From contig CAVXWU010000014.1 in NCBI GenBank assembly GCA_963765535.1, positions 391,963 through 455,962 of the forward strand: 64,000 nucleotides of DNA, given 5' to 3'. The notes below the pieces were generated by a model. That model made no database searches. It was not told the origin of the DNA and saw only the letters and a list, made by a program, of their open reading frames with translations. How positions within the stretch are numbered: position 1 is the stretch's first letter; every line of letters starts with the position of its first letter. Source of the DNA: an uncultured Verrucomicrobiae bacterium (GTDB lineage: Bacteria; Verrucomicrobiota; Verrucomicrobiia; Limisphaerales; JAHDYP01). Shown one piece after another: positions 63,324 to 64,000 of this stretch. A program made the translations under genes and the position numbers.

Positions 63324-64000
63324 TTAAAAACCCCTTCCAATCCGCTCCGACAAAATCCGCTCCAATTCGCGATGGTTCGTCTTACCCGTGCCCAGCTTCG
63401 GTATCTCCCGTACCGCATAGAGCGCACGTGGCACACACAGGTTGGTCATCCCGCGGTTCCGAATCGCTGCCCGGAGATCCTCCGGGGTTAATCGCGGCTC
63501 ATTCGTGGCGGCCACCAGGACCTCGCCCTTGTGCTCATCCGGACAACTCAATACCGCCAATTCGAACCGTAATCCGAACTGCGGGAAAGCGCCGGCAAGA
63601 GCCTCTTCCACCGCGGCAAGACTCACCATCTCCCCGCTAATCTTCGCGAACCGTTTGAGACGCCCCAGCAGATGCATAAATCCATCTTCATCGATCCGTG
63701 CCAGGTCGCCCGTGTCGTACCACCCTTCCAACGCCTTGAATCTCGCATCGTCCGCCACGTTCACATAACCCCGCATCACGTTCGGGCCACGGACGAACAA
63801 TCGACCTCCCGATTCGACCCCCTCCACAAAGTCGATCCGGCACTCCATCCCCGGCAACAACCGTCCCACCGAACCGATCCGCACTTCTTGTCCGCTATTG
63901 ACACAAACGGCCGGACTGCATTCGGTGACCCCGTAGCCTTCGATCGGCCGGACCCCGAACTTACGGCACCACAAATCAATCGTGCTTTCCTGGAGCTTCT
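63324..64000 (-). CDS. AMP-binding enzyme, C-terminal part (acyl-ACP synthetase / Aas-like); N-terminus beyond the window end
   Basis: ...TIDLWCRKFGVRPIEGYGVTECSP...GWYDTGDLARIDEDGFMHLLGRLKRFAKISGEMVSL...PKLGTGKTNHREL. The reading frame stays open to position 64000. Confidence 0.85.
   Translation of the reverse strand, partial: KLQESTIDLWCRKFGVRPIEGYGVTECSPAVCVNSGQEVRIGSVGRLLPGMECRIDFVEGVESGGRLFVRGPNVMRGYVNVADDARFKALEGWYDTGDLARIDEDGFMHLLGRLKRFAKISGEMVSLAAVEEALAGAFPQFGLRFELAVLSCPDEHKGEVLVAATNEPRLTPEDLRAAIRNRGMTNLCVPRALYAVREIPKLGTGKTNHRELERILSERIGRGF

Overview
This is a high-GC (roughly 60%) bacterial chromosomal window. Gene content and the peptide-like intergenic repeats point to a PVC-group, Verrucomicrobiota-like organism, but that is inference only. 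I call about 60 CDS, mostly housekeeping: rpsT, kdsB, pyrG, folC, EF-G, panD, lpxD, hisD/hisC/PHP histidinol phosphatase, thiH/thiS, and a TolC-adaptor-ABC efflux set. I saw no rRNA, tRNA, CRISPR, transposase or phage genes. Main observations: (1) At 35.95-38.12 kb, a 2.2-kb block of small same-strand genes (nucleotidyltransferase, zinc-ribbon membrane protein, hicB-hicA-GNAT) has each unit followed by an about 100-bp imperfect palindrome. All four palindromes share the same termini (5'-GCAGCGAAC ... CGTTCGG-3' in gene orientation). This looks like an integron-type cassette array with attC-like sites and no integrase in the window (CALIN-like). (2) At 5.3-14.7 kb there is a dedicated type-II FAS/PKS-like lipid cluster: FabL-like ENR, FabG-like KR, a long ACP, a double-hotdog dehydratase, 2 KS, an AcpS::LpxL-type acyltransferase fusion, and a convergent KS / Cys-less KS / ACP module. 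Its core is syntenic with the rhizobial acpXL-fabZXL-fabF2XL-fabF1XL-lpxXL very-long-chain lipid A acylation cluster. (3) lpxD is split by a 1-nt insertion. (4) A 280-bp element is bounded by 35-bp inverted repeats that duplicate the translation start of a CPBP protease gene; it could be an inverton or a MITE. (5) An efflux adaptor protein carries a tandemly duplicated C-terminal EF-hand module. (6) Several long-range inverted repeats and repeat clusters sit in intergenic regions. Many long antisense ORFs in the track are high-GC shadow ORFs and were not called.
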